Assembly: GCA_965223345.1 (NCBI GenBank)
Contig: CBDCWG010000012.1
Location: forward strand, 1,728,001-1,792,000
Direction: 5' to 3'
Source of the DNA: Nitrospinales bacterium
Lineage (GTDB): Bacteria > Nitrospinota > Nitrospinia > Nitrospinales > VA-1
DNA: 64,000 nt
The notes below the pieces were generated by a model, which searched no databases, was not told the origin of the DNA, and saw nothing but the letters and a program-made list of their open reading frames with translations. Below are positions 30,248 through 40,897 of the stretch, piece by piece (position 1 is the first letter of the stretch; each line of letters begins with the position of its first letter). The position numbers were made by a program, and so were the translations under genes.

Positions 30248-30661
30248 ATGCTGGAATATTTTCAACTACAGCCCGAATCGCAATTGCCTGATATATCCAG
30301 ATTTAATCCCTTCAAAGCCGTGATCATTGTGGAGAACTCAGTAACTCCCGAATGGCAGGCTGAAGTCAGTTCATGGCTGGTGAAATCAGGCTGCCTGTAT
30401 ATGATGGCCTGGGGGACGGATTGCAGTTCCTGGGACGATTCGGTGGATGCGGCGAATCTTGAAAAATTCAACTTCAATGAACTCCCGGAAGACAAAAGTA
30501 TCATGACGACGTGGCATGAAAACGAACCGCTAAAAGAAGTTCTCTGGTTTGCAAAAAACACAGCAGTTCATCCTACGGTCGAACTCAACGATACCCTCTT
30601 GCTGCATATTTCCAACCACGATAAACGCCAGGAATTAATGTCCGAATATGAAAAGGCATAG
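30248..30661 (+). CDS. Conserved hypothetical protein, AT-rich
   Basis: WQAEVSSWLVKSGCLYMMAWG.DCSSWDDSVD...MTTWHENEPL.EV.WF looks like a conserved DUF-type pattern; the family is not confidently named. Confidence 0.7.
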   Translation: MLEYFQLQPESQLPDISRFNPFKAVIIVENSVTPEWQAEVSSWLVKSGCLYMMAWGTDCSSWDDSVDAANLEKFNFNELPEDKSIMTTWHENEPLKEVLWFAKNTAVHPTVELNDTLLLHISNHDKRQELMSEYEKA

Positions 30662-30667
30662 CCTTTT

Positions 30668-30693
30668 CTTTGCGCCTTTGCGCGAGGCCGCTT
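30668..30693 (-). repeat. Repeat family B copy, minus orientation
   Basis: Reverse complement AAGCGGCCTCGCGCAAAGGCGCAAAG; 18/19 to 54949-54967. Confidence 0.75.
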
Positions 30694-30701
30694 TTCTTAT
30701 T

Positions 30702-32213
<1,512 letters not shown>

Positions 32214-32222
32214 TGCACAATA

Positions 32223-32274
32223 TACGAAATTCGGTGTTTATGCTACTTAAAATCGTAAATCACTGAATTTAGTA
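32223..32274. promoter_or_regulatory. Putative upstream activator sequences for the bEBP
   Basis: TACGAAATTCGGTG (32223-36) and CACTGAATTTAGTA (32261-74) are inverted copies (12/14), with a related TACTTAAAATCGTA between them, about 70-120 nt upstream of the sigma54 box. Confidence 0.55.
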
Positions 32275-32340
32275 GTCATGGCGAGTTGTGGATTTTTGGT
32301 TAATATATTGAATATTAAGGTTTTACTTTAATTCCGGCGA

Positions 32341-32357
32341 TTGGCATGGGCCCTGCA
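32341..32357 (+). promoter_or_regulatory. sigma54 -24/-12 promoter of the VOC-pirin-amidohydrolase operon
   Basis: TTGGCATGGGCCCTGCA (GG-N10-GC); AT-rich tract upstream; divergent bEBP gene. Confidence 0.75.
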
Positions 32358-32412
32358 ATTAATCCTGTCAGAATCGCAGTTTGTCCCTCTTTTCATCAAG
32401 GAGATTCGCAAG

Positions 32413-32841
32413 ATGAACTCTCAAAATAAAAATTCGACCTTTAAAGTGCAACTCAAGGGCATCGACCATTTCGGCATCAACGTGCGCAACATGGACCGGG
32501 CCGTGAAATTTTACCGCGACGTGCTGGGATTCGAGCTGGAAGAGGAATACGAGCCGGGCGAAAAGCATGTCGAGCTGTTCGCGGGCAACGTGTACCTCGC
32601 GCTCTTTGAAACGCCGGAGCTGGATCTTAAGGCGGGCCACGAAATCCTGACGCGCGAGGGCTATCTGCACTGGGCGTTCGAGGCGCGGCCGGAGGATTTC
32701 GACGCCATCCTCGAGTCGCTCGCAGATAACGGCGTGCAGTTCAACGGCAAGGTGCGCCAGCACAGAAGCGGGCCGTCGGCGTATTTCTACGATCCGGACG
32801 GCAACTACCTTGAGATCCACGCGAACCATCCCCAAAAGTGA
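32413..32841 (+). CDS. VOC (glyoxalase/bleomycin resistance) family protein
   Basis: IDHFGINV, FYRDVLGF, HWAF, YFYDPDGNYLEI; AAGGAG RBS before ATG 32413. Confidence 0.9.
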   Translation: MNSQNKNSTFKVQLKGIDHFGINVRNMDRAVKFYRDVLGFELEEEYEPGEKHVELFAGNVYLALFETPELDLKAGHEILTREGYLHWAFEARPEDFDAILESLADNGVQFNGKVRQHRSGPSAYFYDPDGNYLEIHANHPQK

Positions 32842-32894
32842 ATGCGGGATTGAACGATTATTCAACAGACGACAGAGAAAGCGAGGCAAATATC

Positions 32895-33701
32895 ATGATG
32901 ACGCAAAACAAATCTTTGGACATCCGCTTGTATCCCCCGGAAGCACAGGGAATCGGGGCGTTCGACGGCGGCCGCATCACCGAGACCAAGCCGGTGGCGT
33001 TCCCGCACGAAAACCCCGCCGCCCCCAACCTGGGGCCTTTGTTTTACTGGGCCTGGGCGACGGCGGAGGGCTACGGCAAGATCGGGCTGCACCCGCACAA
33101 GGGCTTCGAGATCATGAGTTACGCGCTTACAGGCGAGATCGGCCACTACGATACGCTGGGCAACAAAAGCCGCGTGAGAGCTGGCGGCGCGCAGGTCATG
33201 CAGACCGGCTCCGGCGTCTCGCACGAGGAAGAAACGGTGGGCGACCGCACCGAGTTTTTTCAGATCTGGTTCGAACCGAACCTGGCCGAAGCGGTGCAAA
33301 AACCCGCCACCTATCGGGAGATCGCCAACGACGCGTTTCCGGTTGAGGAGCGGGACGGCGTCACCCTCAAGTCCGTGCTGGGCGCGGGTTCGCCGGTCGA
33401 GCTCACGACCGAGGCGGCCATGCAGGATGTGACGATCGCTGCGAACCGCACCCACGAGCACAGCCTGGATGCCGGGCGCACCCTGGCGGCGGTGGTCATC
33501 GACGGCGCGGGGACGCTGGTGGACGAGACCGCCGGCGGCAAGACGCACGTCAAGAAAAAGGACTTCGCGGTGGTGCACGCTCAGGCGGCGGGGAAGGTTT
33601 CCTTCAAGGCCGAAGCAGAAGGCGCGTTGCGGCTGGCGCTCATCGAAGTGCCGGCGAACGTCGATTATCCGCTGTACCGCGACGGCCGCGTGGCCATTTA
33701 G
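32895..33701 (+). CDS. Pirin family protein
   Basis: HPHKGFEIMSY, H.DTLGN, MQTGSGVSHEE, FQIW; GAGG RBS before ATG 32895. Confidence 0.9.
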   Translation: MMTQNKSLDIRLYPPEAQGIGAFDGGRITETKPVAFPHENPAAPNLGPLFYWAWATAEGYGKIGLHPHKGFEIMSYALTGEIGHYDTLGNKSRVRAGGAQVMQTGSGVSHEEETVGDRTEFFQIWFEPNLAEAVQKPATYREIANDAFPVEERDGVTLKSVLGAGSPVELTTEAAMQDVTIAANRTHEHSLDAGRTLAAVVIDGAGTLVDETAGGKTHVKKKDFAVVHAQAAGKVSFKAEAEGALRLALIEVPANVDYPLYRDGRVAI

Positions 33702-33749
33702 AACAACCCATCGAATCCCATCTGTTAACAGCAATCCAGGAAAAGTTTA

Positions 33750-34166
33750 ATGGGATTGAGAGAAATGAAATCCAAACATGCAAAAATCGGAGCGGTGATG
33801 TATTTCATCTGGGGCCTGTTGCACCTGAAGGCGGCCTTCAGCGTTTACCAGCTGGGAAACGGCTTGGATGCGGGCATGGTTCAGGGCCGGGTGTTTCAGG
33901 ATGCCTGGAACCTGCTGTTCTTTGCGATTGTGGGTATGGTCGTGGCCGTTTGCTACAACTGGCGCAACAGCCGGCTGGGATACTGGATCAATCTGATTAC
34001 GGTGAGTGTCACGGACATCGGGTTTATCGCTTTCGTCCTGATTCCCGGTTATCTTGCGGTCTTTCCCGGCATCCTGGGACCGGTGTTCTGGGTGCTGGGA
34101 GCGGTGTTCAGCACCCTCGGACTTTTGTCCATGAGTGAAAATGAAACCGTCCATGCCCGATCATAA
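33750..34166 (+). CDS. Small 4-TM membrane protein of unknown function (alternative start 33765)
   Basis: Four hydrophobic segments; lies within the operon. Confidence 0.7.
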   Translation: MGLREMKSKHAKIGAVMYFIWGLLHLKAAFSVYQLGNGLDAGMVQGRVFQDAWNLLFFAIVGMVVAVCYNWRNSRLGYWINLITVSVTDIGFIAFVLIPGYLAVFPGILGPVFWVLGAVFSTLGLLSMSENETVHARS

Positions 34167-34205
34167 CGGCATGGCGTTCAATCCATTTAAAGAAAGGAAG
34201 GGGAA

Positions 34206-35213
34206 ATGAAATTGCACATGAAATGGGACCTGTTTTTGGGAATGATCCTTGCGGTATTTTTTATGGGAAGTGGACTGACTTCGGCGGGGGAGTCCAAGGA
34301 AGAGAAGAAGCAGCAGCTGGTGTGGGATGCGGGAACCGTGCAGCTTGAGATGGAGAAACTGGCCGAAGGCGTGTACGCGTACTATCCCACCGATGCCAGG
34401 GAGAAAAACCCCAAGGGCTATCCCGTCGCCACTTCCGGTGGTTTTGTGGTCGGCGACAAAGGCGTGCTGGTGGTCGATTCGATGGTGAACAAGCGGCTGG
34501 CCGAGCAGGTGATGGGGTTTGTCAAAAAGGTCACGGACAAACCGATTCTGTATGTGGTCAACACCAGCTACCACGGCGACCACGCTTATGGGAACTACGC
34601 GTTTCCCAAGAGCGCGAAGATCATCCAGCACAGCAAGACCAAGGCGTTCATGGAGAACAAGGAAGCCTTCGAGGCAGACAAGAAATTCATGGCGCAGTAT
34701 TTCGGCGCCAACCGCGGCATCGAAGAGGTGGTGGCGCGCACGGCGGACATCGTGGTGGACGATCAGAAAACCCTCGACCTGGGCAATAAAAAAGTGGAGA
34801 TCCGCCATTTCGGTTTCGCCCAGACGGAAGGGGATCTGTTCGTCTGGGTTCCTGAAAACAAAGTGATGTGGACGGGCAATCCTGTGATCGCAACTCCGCC
34901 CGCCATCCCCTGGCTGCTGGACGGCAAGCATGAAGAAGTTCTGGCAACGATGAAAAAACTGCGCGCCTTTTTGCCGCAAGACGCGACCGTGGTTCCCGGT
35001 CACGGAGTTCCGGTCAAGCCGGAGACCATCGATTTCACGATCGGGTACCTGGAAACGCTGCACAAGGAAGTGAAATATGCGGTGAACAGCGGCACCAACC
35101 TGGAACTGGCGCAAAAAGAAATCACCATGCAGGATTTCCAGGGGTACGCGCTCTGGGGATGGGTGCACACGCAGGTCAATGTGCCCAACACCTATAAGGA
35201 GCTGGCAAACTAG
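34206..35213 (+). CDS. Exported MBL-fold protein with altered metal ligands
   Basis: Signal peptide; GFVVG..GVLVVDS, NTSYHGDH, QTEGD, TGN, VPGHG. Confidence 0.85.
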   Translation: MKLHMKWDLFLGMILAVFFMGSGLTSAGESKEEKKQQLVWDAGTVQLEMEKLAEGVYAYYPTDAREKNPKGYPVATSGGFVVGDKGVLVVDSMVNKRLAEQVMGFVKKVTDKPILYVVNTSYHGDHAYGNYAFPKSAKIIQHSKTKAFMENKEAFEADKKFMAQYFGANRGIEEVVARTADIVVDDQKTLDLGNKKVEIRHFGFAQTEGDLFVWVPENKVMWTGNPVIATPPAIPWLLDGKHEEVLATMKKLRAFLPQDATVVPGHGVPVKPETIDFTIGYLETLHKEVKYAVNSGTNLELAQKEITMQDFQGYALWGWVHTQVNVPNTYKELAN

Positions 35214-35257
35214 TTCCTTCATCGCTTCAGACACTTATATCCAAAAAGGAACTGAAG

Positions 35258-37051
35258 ATGAAAAACAGACTGTTGCAAAAAGCAGGACTCATCGTCTTCG
35301 CTTTGACTTTATCCGCATCCCTTGCGCTCGCGCAGGAGGCGGACCTGATTCTGCACAATGCGAAAATAACCACGCTGGATGCGCAAAACCCTGCGGCCTC
35401 GGCGGTGGCAATCAAAGCGGGGCGTATTGTTAAAGTCGGCGGCGATGCCGATATCCTCAAACTCAAAGGCGATTCCACGCGGGTGCTGGATGCAAAGGGG
35501 CGCAGGATCATACCCGGTCTCAACGATTCGCATTCCCATTTCATCCGCGGCGGGCGTTTTTTTAACGCGGAGCTGCGCTGGGACGGCGTCCCCTCATTGG
35601 CGAAAGGGCTTGAGATGATCCGCCAGCAGGCCAGGCGCACGCCGGAAGGCCAGTGGGTGCGGGTGATCGGGGGCTGGTCGCGGTATCAATTTCAGGAAAA
35701 TCGTTTTCCGACATTAAAAGAACTCAATCAGGCCGCTCCCGATACCCCGGTGTACGTGCAGTATCTGTACAGCAGGGGGTTTATGAATCAGGCGGGGCTT
35801 CAGGCGATGGGGATCGATGAAAACACGAAGGCCCCGCAGGGGGCCCGCTTCGAACGGGGGCCCGATGGGAAACCCACGGGCCTGCTGATCGCGGATCCGC
35901 ATGCGGGCCTTTTGTACAAAACCATCGCGAGCTTGCCCGGCCTGTCTGAGGAAGAGCAGGCCAACTCCACGATCCAGTTCTTTTACGAACTGGCGCGTTT
36001 TGGCTTGACCAGCGTCATCGACGTCGGCGGTGGAGGCCATTTTTACCCGGAGAACTATGAAATCGCACAGCAACTGGCTGAAGGCGGGAAGCTGCCCCTC
36101 AGAGTGTCTTTCTACCTGTTCCCGCCCACTCCCGGAAAGGAGTACTCGGATTTCAAGCGATGGATCAACATGACGCAGCCGGAAACCAACAGCGACCCTT
36201 TGCGTGAGCACGGTTACGTTATGGAGGGAGGCGGAGAGTACCTGGTCTGGTCTGCCGGGGATTTTGAAAATTTCATGTCGCCCCGGCCCGAGCAGGGAGA
36301 AACCATGGCCGAAGACCTCACCCGGGTCGCGACGCTCATGCTGGAAAACAGATGGCCCTTCCGGCTGCATGCGACCTATGACGAATCGGTGAGCAACATT
36401 CTCGATGTGCTTGAAGACCTCAATCGCAAAATTCCATTCAACGGTCTGCGCTGGTCGATCGAACATGGAGAAACCCTATCGGAACGGAGTGTGGATCGAA
36501 TCGCCGCGCTGGGTGGCGGGATCGCACTGCAAAACAGACTGGCATTCGCGGGAGAGGATTTTTTAGATCGGTACGGCGCTGAAAAAGCAGCCCACTCCCC
36601 GCCGTTCCGCATGATCTTGAACAAGGGGGTGCCGTTGGGGATGGGAACGGATGCGACCCGCGTTTCCGGTTTCAACCCGTGGCTGTGCCTGTACTGGCTG
36701 GTGGCTGGAAAGACGGTTGGGGGAACCGAGCTGTATGGGCCGGACAACCGGCTTTCCCGTGAGGAAGCCCTGCATGTCTACACGGTGGGCAGCGCCTGGT
36801 TTTCGCACGAAGAAGATGTGAAGGGCCGCATCGCCGAAGGCCAGTACGCCGATCTTGCGGTGTTGTCGGCGGATTACATGACGGTTCCCGAAGAGGACAT
36901 CAAGTCGATCGAATCGGTTCTCACAGTCGTCGATGGCAAAATCGTCTACGGAGCCGAAGAATTTGCGTCTCTGATGCCCGATCTGCCGCCCATTCAACCC
37001 GACTGGTCGCCTGTGAAATATTACGGGTCGTACTATAAAGATGAAAAATAA
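35258..37051 (+). CDS. Exported amidohydrolase 3 family protein (YtcJ/NfdA-like), copy 1
   Basis: Signal peptide (ALA-Q); IPGLNDSHSH, RWDGV, WPFRLHATY, IEHGE, GTDATR, ADLAVLS. Confidence 0.92.
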   Translation: MKNRLLQKAGLIVFALTLSASLALAQEADLILHNAKITTLDAQNPAASAVAIKAGRIVKVGGDADILKLKGDSTRVLDAKGRRIIPGLNDSHSHFIRGGRFFNAELRWDGVPSLAKGLEMIRQQARRTPEGQWVRVIGGWSRYQFQENRFPTLKELNQAAPDTPVYVQYLYSRGFMNQAGLQAMGIDENTKAPQGARFERGPDGKPTGLLIADPHAGLLYKTIASLPGLSEEEQANSTIQFFYELARFGLTSVIDVGGGGHFYPENYEIAQQLAEGGKLPLRVSFYLFPPTPGKEYSDFKRWINMTQPETNSDPLREHGYVMEGGGEYLVWSAGDFENFMSPRPEQGETMAEDLTRVATLMLENRWPFRLHATYDESVSNILDVLEDLNRKIPFNGLRWSIEHGETLSERSVDRIAALGGGIALQNRLAFAGEDFLDRYGAEKAAHSPPFRMILNKGVPLGMGTDATRVSGFNPWLCLYWLVAGKTVGGTELYGPDNRLSREEALHVYTVGSAWFSHEEDVKGRIAEGQYADLAVLSADYMTVPEEDIKSIESVLTVVDGKIVYGAEEFASLMPDLPPIQPDWSPVKYYGSYYKDEK

Positions 37052-38855
37052 AGGAAATAAAATGCCAGACACATCTTTAATGAAGCTATGGCTGATTCTA
37101 ACGGCTTTATTTTCGTTTTCCTCGCTTGCATTCGCGCAGGAGGCGGATCTGATTCTGCACAATGCAAAAATAACCACGCTGGATGCGCAAAATCCAACGG
37201 CTTCGGCGTTGGCAATCAAGGAAGGACGCATTGTTAAAGTCGGTGACGATTCCGATATCCTCAAACTCAAAACCGAATCGACGCGGGTGATGGACGCAAA
37301 GGGGCGCCGGATCGTTCCCGGTCTCAACGATTCGCATTCCCACTACATCCGCGGCGGTCTCGCCTTCAATGCGATCCTTCGCTGGGACGGCGTGCCGACG
37401 CTCGCGGAGGGACTGGAGATGATCCGCCAGCAGGCGAAGCGCACGCCCAAGGGGCATTGGGTGCGCGTCATCGGCGGCTGGACGCCGCATCAGTTTGCAG
37501 AGAAGCGGTTGCCCACACCCGAAGAATTGACGCAGGCCGCACCCGACACGCCGGTCTATGTGCAGTATTTTTACAGCCGGGCGGTGGTCAATCAAGCGGG
37601 CCTGAAAGCGATCGGTTTCGATGCCAACACGCAAACGACGCCCGGGTCGCGTCTGGAGATGGGGCCGGATGGCAAACCCACCGGGCTCCTGATCGCCGAC
37701 CCGCATCCGGCGCTGCTGTACAAGTCCATCGCCAGCCTGCCGGCGCTGCAACCGGAAGAGCAGGTCAATTCGACGGTCCATCTTTTTCATCAACTCGCCC
37801 GCTTCGGGTTGACCAGCGTCATCGACGTGGGTGGGGGAGGGCAGCACTATCCAAAAAATTACAAAACCGCGGAAAAACTGGCCGAGAAAGCCGAGTTTCC
37901 CATCCGTGTTTCCTACTACCTGTTCGCGCAGACGCCGGGAAAGGAGTATTCGGACTTTAAAAGCTGGATCCAGCAGGTGGCTCCCAACACCAACACCGAT
38001 CCGTTGCGTGAAGACGGCTACGTGATGGAAGGCGGCGGCGAGTATCTGGTCTGGGACGCCGCGGATTTCGAAAACTTCATGTCGCCCCGGCCCGAATTGA
38101 AACCGGATATGGCCGCGAGTCTGAAAAAGGTGGTGACGCTTCTGGTCAAAAACCGCTGGCCGTTTCGCATGCACGCGACTTACGACGAATCCATCTCGAA
38201 AATACTGGATGTGGTGGAGGCCGTGAACCGCGAGATCCCGTTCAACGGGCTTCGCTGGTCCATCGAGCATGCGGAAACCCTCAAGGAACCCAATATCGAT
38301 CGCATTCGAGCCCTCGGTGGCGGTGTCGCCATTCAGGACCGCATGGTCTTTCTGGGGGATGATTTCCTCGATCGCTATGGAGCGGAAGCCGCGGGCCAGA
38401 CGGCTCCGGTGAAGCTGCTCATGCAAAAAGGCGTTCCGGTCGGCATGGGAACGGACGGCACGCGCGGGTCGAGCTTCAATCCCTGGGTGGGGCTGCATTG
38501 GCTGGTCACAGGGGAAACGGCTTCCGGAGCGAAGCTTTACAAAAAGGACAAGCTCCTCACGCGGGAAGAAGCCCTGCATGTCTACACGGTGGGCAGCGCC
38601 TGGTTTTCGCACGAAGAAGATGTGAAGGGCCGCATCGCCGAAGGCCAGTACGCCGATCTTGCGGTGTTGTCGGCGGATTACATGACGGTTCCCGAAGAGG
38701 ACATCAAGTCGATCGAATCGGTTCTGACTGTCGTCGATGGCAAAATCGTCTACGGCGCCGAAGAGTTTGCGTCTCTGATGCCCGATCTGCCGCCCATTCA
38801 ACCCGACTGGTCGCCTGTGAAATATTACGGGTCCTACTATAAAAATGAAAAATGA
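36764..38855 (+). repeat. Near-identical ~288-nt direct repeat: 3' ends of the two amidohydrolase genes (36764-37051 and 38568-38855)
   Basis: About 158 nt identical from GAAGCCCTGCATGTCTAC, then about 7 mismatches by eye to the stop codons. Confidence 0.9.
37062..38855 (+). CDS. Exported amidohydrolase 3 family protein, copy 2
   Basis: AAGGA RBS before ATG 37062; signal peptide (AFA-Q); same motifs as copy 1 (DSHSH, RMHATY, IEHAE, GTDGTR). Confidence 0.92.
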   Translation: MPDTSLMKLWLILTALFSFSSLAFAQEADLILHNAKITTLDAQNPTASALAIKEGRIVKVGDDSDILKLKTESTRVMDAKGRRIVPGLNDSHSHYIRGGLAFNAILRWDGVPTLAEGLEMIRQQAKRTPKGHWVRVIGGWTPHQFAEKRLPTPEELTQAAPDTPVYVQYFYSRAVVNQAGLKAIGFDANTQTTPGSRLEMGPDGKPTGLLIADPHPALLYKSIASLPALQPEEQVNSTVHLFHQLARFGLTSVIDVGGGGQHYPKNYKTAEKLAEKAEFPIRVSYYLFAQTPGKEYSDFKSWIQQVAPNTNTDPLREDGYVMEGGGEYLVWDAADFENFMSPRPELKPDMAASLKKVVTLLVKNRWPFRMHATYDESISKILDVVEAVNREIPFNGLRWSIEHAETLKEPNIDRIRALGGGVAIQDRMVFLGDDFLDRYGAEAAGQTAPVKLLMQKGVPVGMGTDGTRGSSFNPWVGLHWLVTGETASGAKLYKKDKLLTREEALHVYTVGSAWFSHEEDVKGRIAEGQYADLAVLSADYMTVPEEDIKSIESVLTVVDGKIVYGAEEFASLMPDLPPIQPDWSPVKYYGSYYKNEK

Positions 38856-38960
38856 TGTTTCCCGCAAACCCTTTTCATTTGAGCTGCAGGCAAGTTAACA
38901 GCCTGAGATTTTTTCAAGCCATTACCCTTAATTTCCCGAATTCAACCAGGGAGTGAAACC

Positions 38961-39608
38961 ATGAGTCATGTAGATTTATTGACCCCGGACAACTCAACCA
39001 TGATCTTCATCGACCACCAGCCGCAAATGGCATTCGGTGTGGTGTCGATCGATCGGCAATTACTCAAAAGCAATGTGACGGCGCTGGCGAAGTCGGCAAA
39101 GGTTTTCAAGGTGCCGACGATCCTGACCACGGTGGAGACAAAAAGCTTCAGCGGCAATATGTGGCCGGAATTGCTGGCTGTGTTCCCCGATCAGGAACCC
39201 ATTGAAAGGACCTCGATGAATTCCTGGGAGGATAATAAATTCGTTGCGGCGGTCGAGAAAGCGGGGCGGAAAAAGCTGGTCATCGCCGCTCTGTGGACGG
39301 AGGTCTGTCTGGTTTTCCCGGCTCTGGATGCGCTCAAGGCGGGCTATGAGGTCTATGCCGTGGTGGACGCCTCCGGTGGAACCAGTCAGGAGGCGCATGA
39401 ATACGCGCTGCAACGCATGGTTCAGGCCGGCGTGGTTCCAGTCACCTGGCAACAGGTGCTTTTGGAATACCAGCGTGACTGGGCCCGGAAAGAGACCTAC
39501 GATCCTGTGCTGGCGATCGTCAAGGAACACAGCGGAGCTTACGGTATGGGCGTGGAGTACGCGTACACGATGGTTCACGGTCAGCCGGCTACAGAAATAG
39601 CGGGTTAA
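38961..39608 (+). CDS. ycaC: Isochorismatase-family cysteine hydrolase, YcaC-like
   Basis: FIDHQPQM, PTILTTV, ERTSMNSWED, ALWTEVC, DASGG, QRDWAR. Confidence 0.88.
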   Translation: MSHVDLLTPDNSTMIFIDHQPQMAFGVVSIDRQLLKSNVTALAKSAKVFKVPTILTTVETKSFSGNMWPELLAVFPDQEPIERTSMNSWEDNKFVAAVEKAGRKKLVIAALWTEVCLVFPALDALKAGYEVYAVVDASGGTSQEAHEYALQRMVQAGVVPVTWQQVLLEYQRDWARKETYDPVLAIVKEHSGAYGMGVEYAYTMVHGQPATEIAG

Positions 39609-39638
39609 CCGCGGCCTAGGATAAAAGAGAGCAGGAAA

Positions 39639-40862
39639 ATGAAAGAACGACGCACACATGGGAGCCGGTTGCGTTTTCGCATACCGGCGGTTCTCCTGGT
39701 TTTGTTTTCCTTCGGTTGCGCGTTGGGGCCCAAAGCGATGAACGCCACCCGGTTGATGTACAACGACGCCTTGCAGCAGACCGAGAGCCGCGAGCTGCTT
39801 TTGAATCTGGTCCGCATGCGCTACCTGGAATCTCCGGAATTTCTCGGCGTCAGCTCGATCTCCACCCAGTACAACTTCGATGCTTCGGTTTCCGTCGGTG
39901 GAACGCTGGGAATCAGCGAGGGGGAACCGACCCGGCTTGCGGAACCCGGCGCTCGCGCCGGGTTCTCGGAACGGCCCACGATCACGTTTGTTCCGCGCCG
40001 CGATCCGGAGTTTGCAAAACAACTGCTCGCGCCTCTGGATCTGGAAATGCTCGTGTACCTGACGGATTATGGCTGGGCGATGGACCGGATCTTGCGGGTC
40101 ACTGTCGCCACCCTCAATGACCTTAAAAACGGTCCCTCGCGCGAGTTTTCCGATGCGGATGAGGCCAGGGAGCTGTCCCGTTTCTCACAAGCCGCGAAAA
40201 CGCTGGCGGCGTTGCGCCAGAAAGGGTTTTTACACTTGAACCTCGAGGAGCGGCTGAAAAAACAGTCGGGCCCATTGAGCGAAGACAAAATCGATTCCGG
40301 GGATTTTCTGGCAGCGGAACGGGAAGGATACCGCCTGCAGTATTTTGCAGAAGACCAGGCGTATTTCATCACCCGGACCGACCGGGTTCTGGTTCTGTCT
40401 TTTAAGGAAGAATCCTTGAACGATCCTCAGGTGAGCGCGATTCCGGAAATATTGAACGTTCCCGCAGGGCAGACGCAATTCACCCTGCAAACCCGCAAGG
40501 ATTCCGGGCAAAAGGATGCCATCACGATCCGGATGCGTTCGATCCTGGGGGTTTTTGCATATCTATCCCGGGGCATCGATGTGCCGGACTCTCATTTTCG
40601 TCTGGTGGGCACCGAAGAAAATGTAGAGAAGATAAAAGCCGGGGCGGAGGTTTTTCAGGATCTATTCCGGGTCCGGGTGCAGCCATCGCAACCGGAGCGG
40701 GCTCTGGTTGCGGTTCCGTTTAGGGGCCATTGGTATTACATCGATGAAGAGGACCTGGCGACCAAACGAACGCTGGGCCTGTTGAGCTATCTGGTCAAAT
40801 TGAAAATCAATGCGGGCGGGGTCGAAAACCTTCCGGTTCTGACCCTGCCGGTGGGGCAATGA
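39639..40862 (+). CDS. Putative lipoprotein of unknown function
   Basis: Lipobox FSFG-C; YN.A...LLLNLVR.RY, PTITF.P, WYYI...DL.TK, PVLTLPV conserved-looking motifs. Confidence 0.75.
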   Translation: MKERRTHGSRLRFRIPAVLLVLFSFGCALGPKAMNATRLMYNDALQQTESRELLLNLVRMRYLESPEFLGVSSISTQYNFDASVSVGGTLGISEGEPTRLAEPGARAGFSERPTITFVPRRDPEFAKQLLAPLDLEMLVYLTDYGWAMDRILRVTVATLNDLKNGPSREFSDADEARELSRFSQAAKTLAALRQKGFLHLNLEERLKKQSGPLSEDKIDSGDFLAAEREGYRLQYFAEDQAYFITRTDRVLVLSFKEESLNDPQVSAIPEILNVPAGQTQFTLQTRKDSGQKDAITIRMRSILGVFAYLSRGIDVPDSHFRLVGTEENVEKIKAGAEVFQDLFRVRVQPSQPERALVAVPFRGHWYYIDEEDLATKRTLGLLSYLVKLKINAGGVENLPVLTLPVGQ

Positions 40863-40897
40863 CGAAACCGGTAACTTTCGCAGAAAGGAAATACAGG

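Noticed and set aside
34206..35213. Possible metallo-beta-lactamase resistance gene
   Set aside because: Key zinc ligands are substituted and the context is metabolic; only the fold can be supported.
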